A stretch of 32,000 nucleotides of DNA from Cylindrospermopsis raciborskii Cr2010 (GCF_003367075.2 NZ_CP065936.1:420001-452000); one strand, 5' to 3'; counted from the stretch's first letter, positions 17,245 to 26,747 are shown. Notes: generated by a model from the letters alone, not told the origin. A program made the numbers and translations.

Positions 17245-18132
17245 ATGGGAGGTATAGATATGGTGAGGCAAGTTCCACCCAAAACTCAACTGGGGGTGAT
17301 AAAATCTAACATTAATCAGGTTGGGGAGACAATCGTCCCTGAAATTGTCTACCCAGAAAGTGATGGTGAACCCATGGCGGATAATACTAGGCAATTCACA
17401 TGGATTGTCAAAATCAAGGAGAATTTAGAAATACTATTTAAGTGTAATGCGGATGTGTTTGTAGCTGGGGACTTATTTTGGTATCCAGTGAAGGGTAGTA
17501 ACAAAATTAAACTAGCTCCCGATACCATGGTGGTGTTTGGGAGACCCAAGGGACACCGGGGGTCTTATCGACAGTGGGAGGAGGATAATATTCCTCCCCA
17601 GGTGGTGTTTGAAATTTTATCTCCTGGTAATACTCAAGATGAAATGGACAAAAAAAAGCTGTTTTATCTGAAACATGGAGTAGAAGAGTATTATGTGTAT
17701 GACCCAGATAGAATTAGTTTAGAAGTATCTATTAGGGAAAATAATTCATTTAAAGAGATTAAGGATTTTAGTGTTTGGACTAGTCCAAGAATGAATGTAC
17801 GGTTTGATATGATGGGAGATGAATTAGTCATCTATTATCCAGATGGTGGTAGGTTTCTTAGTCCTGTAGAGTTGAGCAATTATGCAGAACAAGAAAATCA
17901 ACGTGCAGAACGGGAAAGACTGCTTAAAGAACAAGAAAGATTTCTGAAAGAGCAGGAAACTCGGCGTGCAGAAAAGGAAAGACTGCTTAAAGAACAAGAA
18001 AGATTTCTGAAAGAGCAAGAAACTCAACGTGCAGAACGGGAAAAACTGCTTAGAGAGCAGGAACAACTAAAGTATCAAACCTTACTAGCACAATTAAAAG
18101 CTAAGGGTATTGATATCAGCACACTCGAATAA
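17245..18132 (+). CDS. Uma2-family endonuclease, copy 6 (295 aa), most diverged
   Basis: It is identical to copy 5 up to 17718, then diverges (RMNVRFDMMGDE). The tail has three modules, with RRAEKERLL and LLREQEQ variants. Confidence 0.85.
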   Translation: MGGIDMVRQVPPKTQLGVIKSNINQVGETIVPEIVYPESDGEPMADNTRQFTWIVKIKENLEILFKCNADVFVAGDLFWYPVKGSNKIKLAPDTMVVFGRPKGHRGSYRQWEEDNIPPQVVFEILSPGNTQDEMDKKKLFYLKHGVEEYYVYDPDRISLEVSIRENNSFKEIKDFSVWTSPRMNVRFDMMGDELVIYYPDGGRFLSPVELSNYAEQENQRAERERLLKEQERFLKEQETRRAEKERLLKEQERFLKEQETQRAEREKLLREQEQLKYQTLLAQLKAKGIDISTLE

Positions 18133-18438
18133 ACTACTACCTGGACCGGAATACCCCCGTGAGAAGGGTCTTCTCAACCTGAGATTTTTCTCTACTTAAA
18201 GCAGTACGAAGTAAGTCGTCCGTGGCAAGGTTTGCTGATCTTGCCCAGTCAGGGTTATAATGTGGGTGCGGAGTTACCTTTAGATGTGTAATCGAACGAT
18301 ATAGCTGAATCTCCACCCTTAAATTAGAAAACTGGATTTCATCCTGATGCAAAAGTTTTATTCAATTTACCAGAGGTTACTAAAGAATGTAGCGAGATCC
18401 CTATGGGAGTGCTTCGCAATCGCCCTGAACCGCACTCC

Positions 18439-18610
18439 TTGACTTATACGAAAAACCTGATATTATGTTTTCACGGGTTAAATAACCCCGCCACATACGA
18501 ATAAAATATCAAGTAAACAATAAGGTACTGAGCTTTGACGGTCTACATGATCTCGGTTCGTACCAACCAGACTCGTAAACCCAAGTAGCTACAAGAGTCG
18601 ATTAGTAAGG
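18439..18610 (+). ncRNA. R element copy R4 (diverged), 128 nt upstream of the polysaccharide cluster on the same strand
   Basis: TTGACT (18439-18444), a 16-nt spacer, then TATTAT. The helix GGTAC 18524-18528 with GTACC 18560-18564 is fully Watson-Crick here. The 3' part is diverged (cgtaaaccc, gattag). Confidence 0.35.
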
Positions 18611-18737
18611 ATTCTCTGTCTCAATTTTAGCCTAGCTGATCGCCCTATCCATCCAATTAATTCCCAATTTATATATTATATATAAATAAAACTAACATAA
18701 GCCTACCCTAAAACAATAGTTCACAAGAAATCCTAAT

Positions 18738-19541
18738 ATGGTCCACGCAACAAAACCTATAATGTTAAAAGCAAGGCTCCTATACACAGCAAAAATCCTG
18801 TTTCATGTTTTGGGAGAGTTTGGATACAACCCAATTAAAATGGTAGTTTCCATCTTAGAATTACCACTTTATATTTATCAACTCACTTCATTTTCGATAA
18901 GAAGCAAAAGTCCAGTTAAGATTCGATTGTTTCCCTATTTAACTGATAGACGTGATTTTGCTGGTAGTATCAGTCGCCATTATTTCCATCAAGATCTATG
19001 GGCAGCTAGAAAGGTCTACGAGAATAAACCAGAGAATCACATTGATGTAGGATCTCGAATTGATGGTTTTGTAGCGCATTTACTCACGTTTCGTACGGTC
19101 GAAGTGCTAGATGTGAGAAAAATGACCTCTTCTGTGAAGGGAATGACCTTTAGGCAAGTTAATCTGATGGAATTTCAAAAAGTGCCTGGCAGCGTATGTG
19201 ATTCACTTTCTTGTCTTCATGCCCTGGAACACTTTGGTTTAGGTCGCTACGGGGATCCGATTGATCCCGAGGGACATATTAAAGGACTTAAGTCTTTAAC
19301 TAAGATGCTAAAATCAGGTGGGACGTTGTTGTTATCAGTTCCCACAGGAAAAGAAAGAATAGAGTTCAACGGACACCGCATTTTTTCCGTAACCACTATA
19401 CTAAATTTAACTACTAGTGACTATGACTTAGTGTCATTTTCATACATAGATGATACAAACACTTTATATGAGAACGTTGATACATCATTTGTTCCCACCA
19501 TGTTGTATGGGTGTGGACTATACGAGTTGAAAAAGAAGTAG
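18738..19541 (+). CDS. SAM-dependent methyltransferase-like protein (DUF268-type)
   Basis: HIDVGSRIDGFVAHL and SLSCLHALEHFGLGRYGDPIDPEG...LKSGGTLLLSVP resemble the DUF268/class I methyltransferase fold pattern. Confidence 0.6.
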   Translation: MVHATKPIMLKARLLYTAKILFHVLGEFGYNPIKMVVSILELPLYIYQLTSFSIRSKSPVKIRLFPYLTDRRDFAGSISRHYFHQDLWAARKVYENKPENHIDVGSRIDGFVAHLLTFRTVEVLDVRKMTSSVKGMTFRQVNLMEFQKVPGSVCDSLSCLHALEHFGLGRYGDPIDPEGHIKGLKSLTKMLKSGGTLLLSVPTGKERIEFNGHRIFSVTTILNLTTSDYDLVSFSYIDDTNTLYENVDTSFVPTMLYGCGLYELKKK

Positions 19542-19678
19542 AACATCAAAACACTACATTCCCTAAGGTTATTATAAAATACAAGCGGAACTTAACATTG
19601 AAAAGCAAAGTAACACAAATTGTTTAATTTAACAACATCAGAATCTAAAATATACTAACATGGTGTCCGACTGAAAGA

Positions 19679-21139
19679 ATGTTAAAAAATGGAGCCTATA
19701 ATATAATAGGAGCTTCGCTGCGTGCAGTAGCTGGTATAATTACGGGACCGGTTCTGTCCCGTTTAATGGGTTTGGAAGAATATGGTATTTGGGCTCTTAT
19801 CTCGTCAGTGTTAGCTTTCCTAACAGTGGTAGAGGGGGGACTATCTAATGCAATTACCGTCTTTCTTTCCAGAGATATTGCTGATAAAGATGACCTAAAG
19901 ATATCTGAGACCATAACCATTTCGCTGACCTGGATGCTAGTTTTAGCAATTTTAGCATCTGTATTCCTGTATTCAACCGCAGGAATAGTTATCAATTACT
20001 TTCCTGGGCTAAGTTCTACACAGCAGCACAACAGTATTCGAGCTTTACAGATAGGTTGTTTTTCGGTTTTGTGCCAGCTATTACAACAGGTGTTTATAGG
20101 AATTGAACAGGCATACCATGAGTATAAACTACTGAGTTTTTTAAAAACTGTACAATTTGGATCATTGAGTGTTGGATGGATTATTTCCGCCCATTTAGGT
20201 GGAGGTTCGGTTACACTTGCCACCTGGCAACTGGTTGTGACTTTAATTGTTCTAGGTTGGCACATTTATGTGGTTAGAGCTTTGACTAAAGATCACAATC
20301 TACAATTTCTATGGAACAACCAAAGAGCTACCCAAATTTTTCGCTACAATTTAGCAATGTGGTTAATGACGATTGGAGGAATCTTATTTACACGTGGTGA
20401 TAGAATTGTCGTGGGTTCGGTCTTAGGTCCAGAGTCTCTGGCCATTTATGCCATAGTAAGTGATGTTGCATCTGGAATAAATTTCCTTGTAGCGCAGCCA
20501 ATTCAACCATTTTTACCTGTGGTTAGTCGCCTTGCACTAGACTCTACCTCCTTGCATGCTCTCCAAAATAAGTTTAGACAGGTCATCCAAATAAATAGCT
20601 GTATGGCGGTTTGGTCTGGATCACTTGTTTTAATTTTCTCCCCACTTGTTATTAGTTATGCGATTGGATTGAAGGGTAGTGAGTACAATACTGCATTGTT
20701 TTGTCTTCAAGCATTGGCACTGATAACCACCATACAGTCTCTTTGTAACACCGGCTACTATGTTTTTATGAGTCAAGATGTTAGATATTTGGCATCAATA
20801 TTGTTTATAGGTGGGTTTTCATCTATACTACTAATATATCTAGGATCGCTAGGATATGGTTTAGTGGGATCAATTATTGGAAATTTTGGCTACAACATAA
20901 TGACCATTTGCACTTTTAAATCTGCCGAGAAATTCGGTATTAGTTATAGGTTAACTTTTACTTATATGGCTTTTCCAATGTTTTTGTTTTTCATGACATT
21001 TGCCATGAATTACATATTTTATTTCCCTCACTCCATTTTCTCATTTTTACTAGTCTTGCAGTGCTGTGTGGTTCTGACCTGGTTTGCTTTCCAAAATAAT
21101 ATCCGTATTCCTACAATTATTAGGAGTTTAGGAAGATAA
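19679..21139 (+). CDS. Wzx-like oligosaccharide flippase (MOP superfamily polysaccharide biosynthesis protein)
   Basis: It is 486 aa and hydrophobic throughout, with about 12-14 predicted helices. It sits in a glycan cluster. Confidence 0.7.
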   Translation: MLKNGAYNIIGASLRAVAGIITGPVLSRLMGLEEYGIWALISSVLAFLTVVEGGLSNAITVFLSRDIADKDDLKISETITISLTWMLVLAILASVFLYSTAGIVINYFPGLSSTQQHNSIRALQIGCFSVLCQLLQQVFIGIEQAYHEYKLLSFLKTVQFGSLSVGWIISAHLGGGSVTLATWQLVVTLIVLGWHIYVVRALTKDHNLQFLWNNQRATQIFRYNLAMWLMTIGGILFTRGDRIVVGSVLGPESLAIYAIVSDVASGINFLVAQPIQPFLPVVSRLALDSTSLHALQNKFRQVIQINSCMAVWSGSLVLIFSPLVISYAIGLKGSEYNTALFCLQALALITTIQSLCNTGYYVFMSQDVRYLASILFIGGFSSILLIYLGSLGYGLVGSIIGNFGYNIMTICTFKSAEKFGISYRLTFTYMAFPMFLFFMTFAMNYIFYFPHSIFSFLLVLQCCVVLTWFAFQNNIRIPTIIRSLGR

Positions 21140-21213
21140 ATCCGTCAATCAACAACCATAAAGTTACCGGATTTGCCAGTCATAGCGAAAAGCAATCACT
21201 ATTTTCATTATTC

Positions 21214-22488
21214 ATGTATACATACAGATTTTTCAGAAAATCAGATACCGTTTGGTACTTTTTGTTGTTTGCTTTGCTGTTGTTAACTTTATATATTCAG
21301 TATTTGTCCAAACACGGTTACATACCCTTGACTGGTATTTATGTTCCCGATGGTTATACCTATGAATTAAGGGCGCTAGAAAACAGGGAACTTGAAGAGT
21401 TTTCTGCATTCTCATACAATCTCTTTAATCAATTTATTTATAATAGTTTCTTGGGTGCATTTGGCTTTTTTTTATTCAACTCATCATTACTTTTTTTATC
21501 TGTTTGGCTATGTAGACCCGTTTTTGCTAGTATTTCAGAGAATTCCGTAAATTATGCGAGATTTGCTATTGTATTCAATCCATACTTACTAATTAGTGCA
21601 ATTGGACCTAACAAAGAAAGCATTTTACTGTTCATAAACCTACTCTTTTGGTATTCATGCTTTTATGGTTATAGGAATGAGGAGAGGAGATCAAACAATA
21701 AAGGAAAGTTGGTGGCAAAAATAATCAAGCTAGTTGCACTATTTACTTTAGCTTCCATACCTTTGTTTATTCGACCAATTGTATCAATTCTCCTTTATGT
21801 TAGTTTGATTTACAAGATTTTTAGGTTTAAAAAAACTAGACTAGTGGCAACATGGGTACTTGTGTTTTACTTTGTGTCCATATCAATTCCGGCTATCAAC
21901 GAAATTTACGCTCAACAAGTAGATCAAGGCTTGTCTAGCTTCACCAGTTCCAGTATTTACGATTTAGCTGCAACTCTCGCTAAATATAGTCTTGATCCAA
22001 TAATGCAATATCCTGCCTTCATAGCCAAAACAATCCTGTTATTTTTTGGTTTCATTGTCAGGCCATTCAGTTTTTTTGAACTCCTTGATGTAGGATATAG
22101 TTTTTTGGCAGTTGCGTATTTCCCAATTAACCTGAGTTTGATTTTAACGTTCTTCAACAAGAACAACTACAATAATTCTGAAAATTCATCAGAATCCGGG
22201 GAAGAAATTCTTTCCTCGCCAAATAATGATAGTCCCAATGCATTCCTTATTTTTGCACTATTATCTATGTTCATTGTAGTTGTGAGTCCTGGATTTACAT
22301 TTCGGTACTTTATTCCCATTACACCATTTACTTTTGCTTTGTTCACTTGTCAAAATTCCTCCACCAGGAAAATGCTAGTGACGATATCGGTTTTGATTGG
22401 TGTTTTAGTGATAGTAGGGAACCTACTTTTTTCTCAAAAAAGTTTCTATCAAGACGTTTCACTACCTGTTTTCATGGATTGGCTGTGA
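21214..22488 (+). CDS. Polytopic membrane protein, possible O-antigen polymerase (Wzy-like)
   Basis: It is 424 aa with many hydrophobic helices and a hydrophilic Ser/Asn-rich loop. It lies next to the flippase. The function is inferred from context only. Confidence 0.5.
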   Translation: MYTYRFFRKSDTVWYFLLFALLLLTLYIQYLSKHGYIPLTGIYVPDGYTYELRALENRELEEFSAFSYNLFNQFIYNSFLGAFGFFLFNSSLLFLSVWLCRPVFASISENSVNYARFAIVFNPYLLISAIGPNKESILLFINLLFWYSCFYGYRNEERRSNNKGKLVAKIIKLVALFTLASIPLFIRPIVSILLYVSLIYKIFRFKKTRLVATWVLVFYFVSISIPAINEIYAQQVDQGLSSFTSSSIYDLAATLAKYSLDPIMQYPAFIAKTILLFFGFIVRPFSFFELLDVGYSFLAVAYFPINLSLILTFFNKNNYNNSENSSESGEEILSSPNNDSPNAFLIFALLSMFIVVVSPGFTFRYFIPITPFTFALFTCQNSSTRKMLVTISVLIGVLVIVGNLLFSQKSFYQDVSLPVFMDWL

Positions 22489-22639
22489 AAGAGAAAGTAT
22501 TGGCATTACTGAATCATGAGATTTTTTTAATTAAAATGACTTCAGATTTATTTCATCCCTCATTCTTCCAACACCCTAATTCTGCAAAGCTGGCTAAAAC
22601 ACTTTAGTTACTAACACTACAAAGTCTCACTCTTTCAAA

Positions 22640-23698
22640 ATGACTAAACTACTAGTTACCGGTTCTTCAGGTTTAATTGGTTCCGAGGTTTGTATTTATT
22701 TCGCCAACTCGGGTTGGGAAATACATGGTGTTGACAATAATCAAAGAGCTATCTTTTTTGGACCCCAGGGGGATACTCGTTGGAATCAACACCGCTTACA
22801 GTCTTCTATTGATAGATTCACCCATCACGAATTGGACATTCGCGATCGCCAAGGAGTGTTAAATTTACTATGCGATTTGCGTCCGGATGCTATTGTTCAC
22901 ACTGCTGCACAACCATCCCATGATCGAGCGGCTGCAATTCCTTTTGATGATTTTGATACTAATGCTGTAGGTACGTTGAATCTTTTAGAAGCAGCACGCC
23001 AATTTTGCTCCGAAGTTCCCTTTATTCATATGTCAACCAATAAGGTGTACGGAGATGCTCCTAACGAGATTCCTTTAATTGAACTTGATACTCGTTGGAA
23101 TTATGCCGACCCGTGTTATCAAGAAGGCATTCCGGAAACTTTCCGTATTGATCAGTCAAAGCACTCATTGTTTGGAGCATCCAAAGTTGCTGCTGATGTA
23201 ATGGTCCAAGAGTATGGTCGTTACTTCAATATGAACACGTGCTGCTTGCGTGGGGGGTGTTTAACTGGTCCAAATCACTCTGGAGTAGAGCTACATGGGT
23301 TTCTAAGTTATTTAGTCAAATGTAACTTAGAAGGACGCGTGTACAATGTATTTGGCTATAAAGGTAAACAGGTTAGAGATAATATTCATTCATTAGATGT
23401 AGCTAGGTTTATTGATGAATTTATTAGAAGTCCCCGTTCAGGAGAAGTCTACAACCTTGGTGGTGGTAGAAACAATACCTGCTCAATTTTAGAGGCTTTT
23501 GATATGGTGTCTTCCCTTTCGGGTAAACCAATGCACTATGAATACATAGACAAAAATCGTGAAGGGGATCACATTTGTTATTATAGCGATTTGACAAAGA
23601 TGCAAGCAGACTATCCCAACTGGGCTATCACAATTCCTCTTGCCCAGATTTTTGCCGAGATAGTTGACTCCTGGAAATCCCGGTTGCTGGAACAATGA
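22640..23698 (+). CDS. NAD-dependent epimerase/dehydratase (CDP-paratose 2-epimerase-like)
   Basis: [12 protein letters not shown] is a Rossmann motif and [17 protein letters not shown] (YxxxK region) and GKQVRD are shared with this extended-SDR subgroup. Confidence 0.7.
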   Translation: MTKLLVTGSSGLIGSEVCIYFANSGWEIHGVDNNQRAIFFGPQGDTRWNQHRLQSSIDRFTHHELDIRDRQGVLNLLCDLRPDAIVHTAAQPSHDRAAAIPFDDFDTNAVGTLNLLEAARQFCSEVPFIHMSTNKVYGDAPNEIPLIELDTRWNYADPCYQEGIPETFRIDQSKHSLFGASKVAADVMVQEYGRYFNMNTCCLRGGCLTGPNHSGVELHGFLSYLVKCNLEGRVYNVFGYKGKQVRDNIHSLDVARFIDEFIRSPRSGEVYNLGGGRNNTCSILEAFDMVSSLSGKPMHYEYIDKNREGDHICYYSDLTKMQADYPNWAITIPLAQIFAEIVDSWKSRLLEQ

Positions 23699-23800
23699 AC
23701 ACTAAATAATAGTTTCTTAATAATTTTATTTATCCTAACCCGCGCATTCGAGAAAAATTTTCTCTGATTTACAAAATTTAGGAGTCATCAATACTCAGTC

Positions 23801-24694
23801 ATGAAAAAAACAGTAGTCCTTCTGAAGGGAGGTCTGGGAAATCAAATGTTCCAGTATGCCTTTGCCAGATCTATTTCTCTTAAAAATTCTTCAGAACTTG
23901 TAATAGACAACTGGTCCGGATTTACATTCGATTACAAGTATCACCGACAATATGAACTTGGTACTTTTTCCATAGTAGGCCGCCCCGCCAACCTAACCGA
24001 AAAGTTTCCTTTTTGGTTTTACGAACTAAAGTCTAAGTTCTTCCCAAGATTACCAAAAGTCTTTCAACAACAGTTCTATGGTCTGCTAATCAATGAAGTA
24101 GGTGGTGAATATATACCAGAGATTGAAGAAACCAAAATATCCCAAAACTGTTGGTTAAACGGCTACTGGCAAAGTCCTTTATATTTCCAGAAACATTCTG
24201 ATTCAATTGCCAGAGAATTAATGCCCCCTGAACCAATGGAAAAGCATTTTTTGGAACTTGGCAAACTCTTAAGACAAACTGAGTCTGTGGCTTTAGGAAT
24301 CAGGCTATATGAGGAAAGTAAAAATCCTGGATCTCATTCAAGCAGTGGTGAGTTAAAGAGTCATTTTGAAATCAATCAAGCTATTCTAAAGTTGAGAGAA
24401 TTATGCAATGGGGCTAAATTTTTTGTATTTTGCACCCATCGCTCCCCTCTGCTGCAAGAACTAGCCTTACCTGAAAATACCATTTTTGTCACCCATGATG
24501 ATGGATATGTTGGTAGTATGGAGAGAATGTGGCTTTTGACACAATGTAAGCACCATATATTTACTAACAGTACATTTTACTGGTGGGGAGCCTGGTTAAG
24601 TCAGAAGTTTTATATTCAGGGAAGTCAAATCGTTTTTGCTGCGGACAATTTCATCAATTCAGATGCTATACCTAAACATTGGAATCTTTTTTAG
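23801..24694 (+). CDS. Alpha-1,2-fucosyltransferase (glycosyltransferase family 11)
   Basis: The N-terminal GGLGNQMFQYAF and C-terminal NSTFYWWGAWL are GT11 signatures. Confidence 0.75.
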   Translation: MKKTVVLLKGGLGNQMFQYAFARSISLKNSSELVIDNWSGFTFDYKYHRQYELGTFSIVGRPANLTEKFPFWFYELKSKFFPRLPKVFQQQFYGLLINEVGGEYIPEIEETKISQNCWLNGYWQSPLYFQKHSDSIARELMPPEPMEKHFLELGKLLRQTESVALGIRLYEESKNPGSHSSSGELKSHFEINQAILKLRELCNGAKFFVFCTHRSPLLQELALPENTIFVTHDDGYVGSMERMWLLTQCKHHIFTNSTFYWWGAWLSQKFYIQGSQIVFAADNFINSDAIPKHWNLF

Positions 24695-24746
24695 ATTCTC
24701 AAACCAGTGTAATATGCAATATACTGGTGCAGTGTAATAACTGTAA

Positions 24747-24795
24747 GCTGGACTTCAGGATGCCTACGAATCACTTAAGGTCATTCAACATATTT
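24747..24795 (+). repeat. 49-bp orphan copy of the 3' end of the Gfo/Idh/MocA oxidoreductase gene
   Basis: gctggacttcaggatgcctacgaatcacttaaggtcattcaacatattt matches 28719-28767 with one mismatch. It lies in an intergenic spacer. Confidence 0.8.
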
Positions 24796-24881
24796 TCAAC
24801 ATATTTATCCGTGCTACTACTTTTATTTTCAGCGGTATTCTCCCATATAATACATTACCAAACATAGGCATTGTAAATTGT

Positions 24882-25841
24882 ATGAAAAAAGTTTTCATTA
24901 CTGGGTGTGCTGGTTTTATCGGCAGTAATCTCACTGATCGCTTACTAAGCTTAGGTACTAAAGTTACTGGTTATGATAACTTTTCCACTGGCCAAGAACG
25001 TTTTTTGGCATTGGCTTCTAAAAATGCTAACTTCAACTTAGTTCGCGGCGATTTGCTGGACCAAACTGTCCTTACTAATGCCATGGAGGGGTGCGAAATG
25101 GTGTTTCATCTGGCAGCCAATGCTGATGTGCGTTTCGGAACTAATCATCCCCGTCGTGACCTTGAGCAAAATACCATTGCTACTTATAATGTCCTTGAAG
25201 CTATGAGACAGAATGGTATTCAACACATTGCCTTTTCTTCCACCGGGTCTGTGTATGGCGAAGCACCTGTCATTCCCACCCCAGAAGATGCGCCCTTTCC
25301 CATTCAAACCTCCCTTTATGGAGCTTCTAAACTGGCTGGAGAGGGGTTGATTGCCGCCTACTGTGAGGGGTTTGGCTTTCAATCCTGGATTTTTCGTTTT
25401 GTTTCTATCCTGGGTGAACGGTATACTCATGGGCATGTTTTCGACTTTTATAAGCAACTAAAAGCCGATCCAACACGTTTAGCTGTGTTGGGAAATGGCA
25501 CTCAACGTAAGTCTTATCTCTATATCCAAGACTGTCTAGATGCTATACTGTTAGCTATAGAGCGTGCTTCTAATCGGGTTAATATATTTAATCTAGGGGT
25601 TGATGACTATTGCCAGGTAAATAACTCCATTGGCTGGATTTGCCAGGAGTTGGGCGTTAATCCCCAATTGGAATATTCAGGGGGCGATCGCGGTTGGATT
25701 GGTGACAATCCCTTCATCCATCTTGATGTGAGTAAGATTCAAGCACTGGGGTGGGAACCTAAGTTGACCATCCGAGAAGGTGTGATCAAAACTGTTCAAT
25801 ACCTGAGAGCTAACGAATGGGTATTTGAGGTTCGCAAATGA
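24882..25841 (+). CDS. NAD-dependent epimerase/dehydratase (UDP-glucose 4-epimerase-like extended SDR)
   Basis: ITGCAGFIGSNL and YGASKLAGE (YxxxK) are the diagnostic motifs. Confidence 0.8.
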   Translation: MKKVFITGCAGFIGSNLTDRLLSLGTKVTGYDNFSTGQERFLALASKNANFNLVRGDLLDQTVLTNAMEGCEMVFHLAANADVRFGTNHPRRDLEQNTIATYNVLEAMRQNGIQHIAFSSTGSVYGEAPVIPTPEDAPFPIQTSLYGASKLAGEGLIAAYCEGFGFQSWIFRFVSILGERYTHGHVFDFYKQLKADPTRLAVLGNGTQRKSYLYIQDCLDAILLAIERASNRVNIFNLGVDDYCQVNNSIGWICQELGVNPQLEYSGGDRGWIGDNPFIHLDVSKIQALGWEPKLTIREGVIKTVQYLRANEWVFEVRK

Positions 25842-26695
25842 ACTCTAAGGTTGCCTTAATTACTGGAGCTTCGAGAGGTTTGGGCAAGGTCTTGGCTCAT
25901 CGGTTTTGGGAGTCCAATTACAGTCTCTATCTCATCGCTAGAAGTTACGAAGAATTACAAAAGGTAAGATCTTCTTTACCGCCTAGGCCCAGTCAAAATT
26001 GTGACATTTATGGTTGTGATCTGAGTATTTCTGAGTCTATTGAACGTTTAAGATCTGAAATTTATAACAACCTGTCACGTTTAAATGTGCTCATTAATAA
26101 CGCCGGAACCCATGGTCCAATTGGTCAGAGTTGGGTTAACAATACTGTTGACTGGCAAAAAACCATACAAGTAAATCTCTTCGCTCCTGTGGCCCTTTGT
26201 CAAATAGCAGTTCCGCTTATGGAGCAAACTGGTGGCGGGGTAATAATTAATCTTTCTGGCGGAGGCGCAACTGGCCCGCGTCCCAATTTTTCAGCATACG
26301 CAACGGCTAAGGCGGCTCTAGTTCGTTTTAGTGAAACCCTTGCAGAGGAAACACGAGGAATAAGTATTAGAGTTAACTGTATTGCACCTGGTGCCATGAA
26401 GACGGCTTTATTGGCGGAAATATTAGAAAAGGGCACTCAATTGTCTGGTGAGCGTGAGTTTGATCTTGCCAGCAAGGTCCTTGTGGAGGGTGGAGCATCA
26501 ATGGATAGGGTAGCTGACCTGGCTTTATTTCTCGCCTCTGAAGATAGTAAAGGTATTACAGGTAAGTTAATTAGTGCAGTCTGGGATCGCTGGGAAGATT
26601 GGCCTTTGTATCTTGACGAGTTGAGTAAAACAGATGTTTACACCTTGCGGCGTATTGTTGGACGAGACCGTGGTATGACCTGGGGGGATAAATAA
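25838..26695 (+). CDS. Short-chain dehydrogenase/reductase
   Basis: Motifs are ITGASRGLGK, NNAG and YATAKAAL. There is a 4-bp overlap with the previous gene. Confidence 0.8.
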   Translation: MNSKVALITGASRGLGKVLAHRFWESNYSLYLIARSYEELQKVRSSLPPRPSQNCDIYGCDLSISESIERLRSEIYNNLSRLNVLINNAGTHGPIGQSWVNNTVDWQKTIQVNLFAPVALCQIAVPLMEQTGGGVIINLSGGGATGPRPNFSAYATAKAALVRFSETLAEETRGISIRVNCIAPGAMKTALLAEILEKGTQLSGEREFDLASKVLVEGGASMDRVADLALFLASEDSKGITGKLISAVWDRWEDWPLYLDELSKTDVYTLRRIVGRDRGMTWGDK

Positions 26696-26747
26696 ATGCT
26701 TTTATATCAGTTCCAAGGACAATCTAAGAAATGAGGTAATTGTAAAT

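Larger units (their letters stand above)
12495..17718 (+). repeat. Direct repeat with 2609-bp period, two full units, apparently 100 percent identical
   Basis: The stretch 12495-15109 matches 15104-17718 by eye. Track ORFs recur at an exact +2609 offset (13346 and 15955, 13800 and 16409, 14636 and 17245). Confidence 0.85.

Noticed and set aside
7883-18132. Regularly spaced repeats as a CRISPR array
   Set aside because: The periods are 1318 and 2609 bp, and the repeats are protein-coding genes. No 25-40 bp repeat/spacer architecture or cas genes are present.
7883-18132. Diversity-generating retroelement (template/variable repeat) explanation for variation among Uma2 copies
   Set aside because: Differences between copies are not adenine-specific: a/g, c/t and multi-base changes are all seen. 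They occur in haplotype blocks. The only RT-related sequences are an intron-protein remnant lacking the RT domain and the separate intron in trxB.
18137-18352. 71-aa minus-strand ORF downstream of Uma2 copy 6
   Set aside because: It covers the repeat-derived spacer and the P_D promoter. The equivalent sequence is interrupted by deletions in the other copies, and no motif is present.
24679-24867. 62-aa ORF between the fucosyltransferase and epimerase genes
   Set aside because: It reads through the orphan 49-bp oxidoreductase fragment in the wrong frame. It has no signals or motifs.
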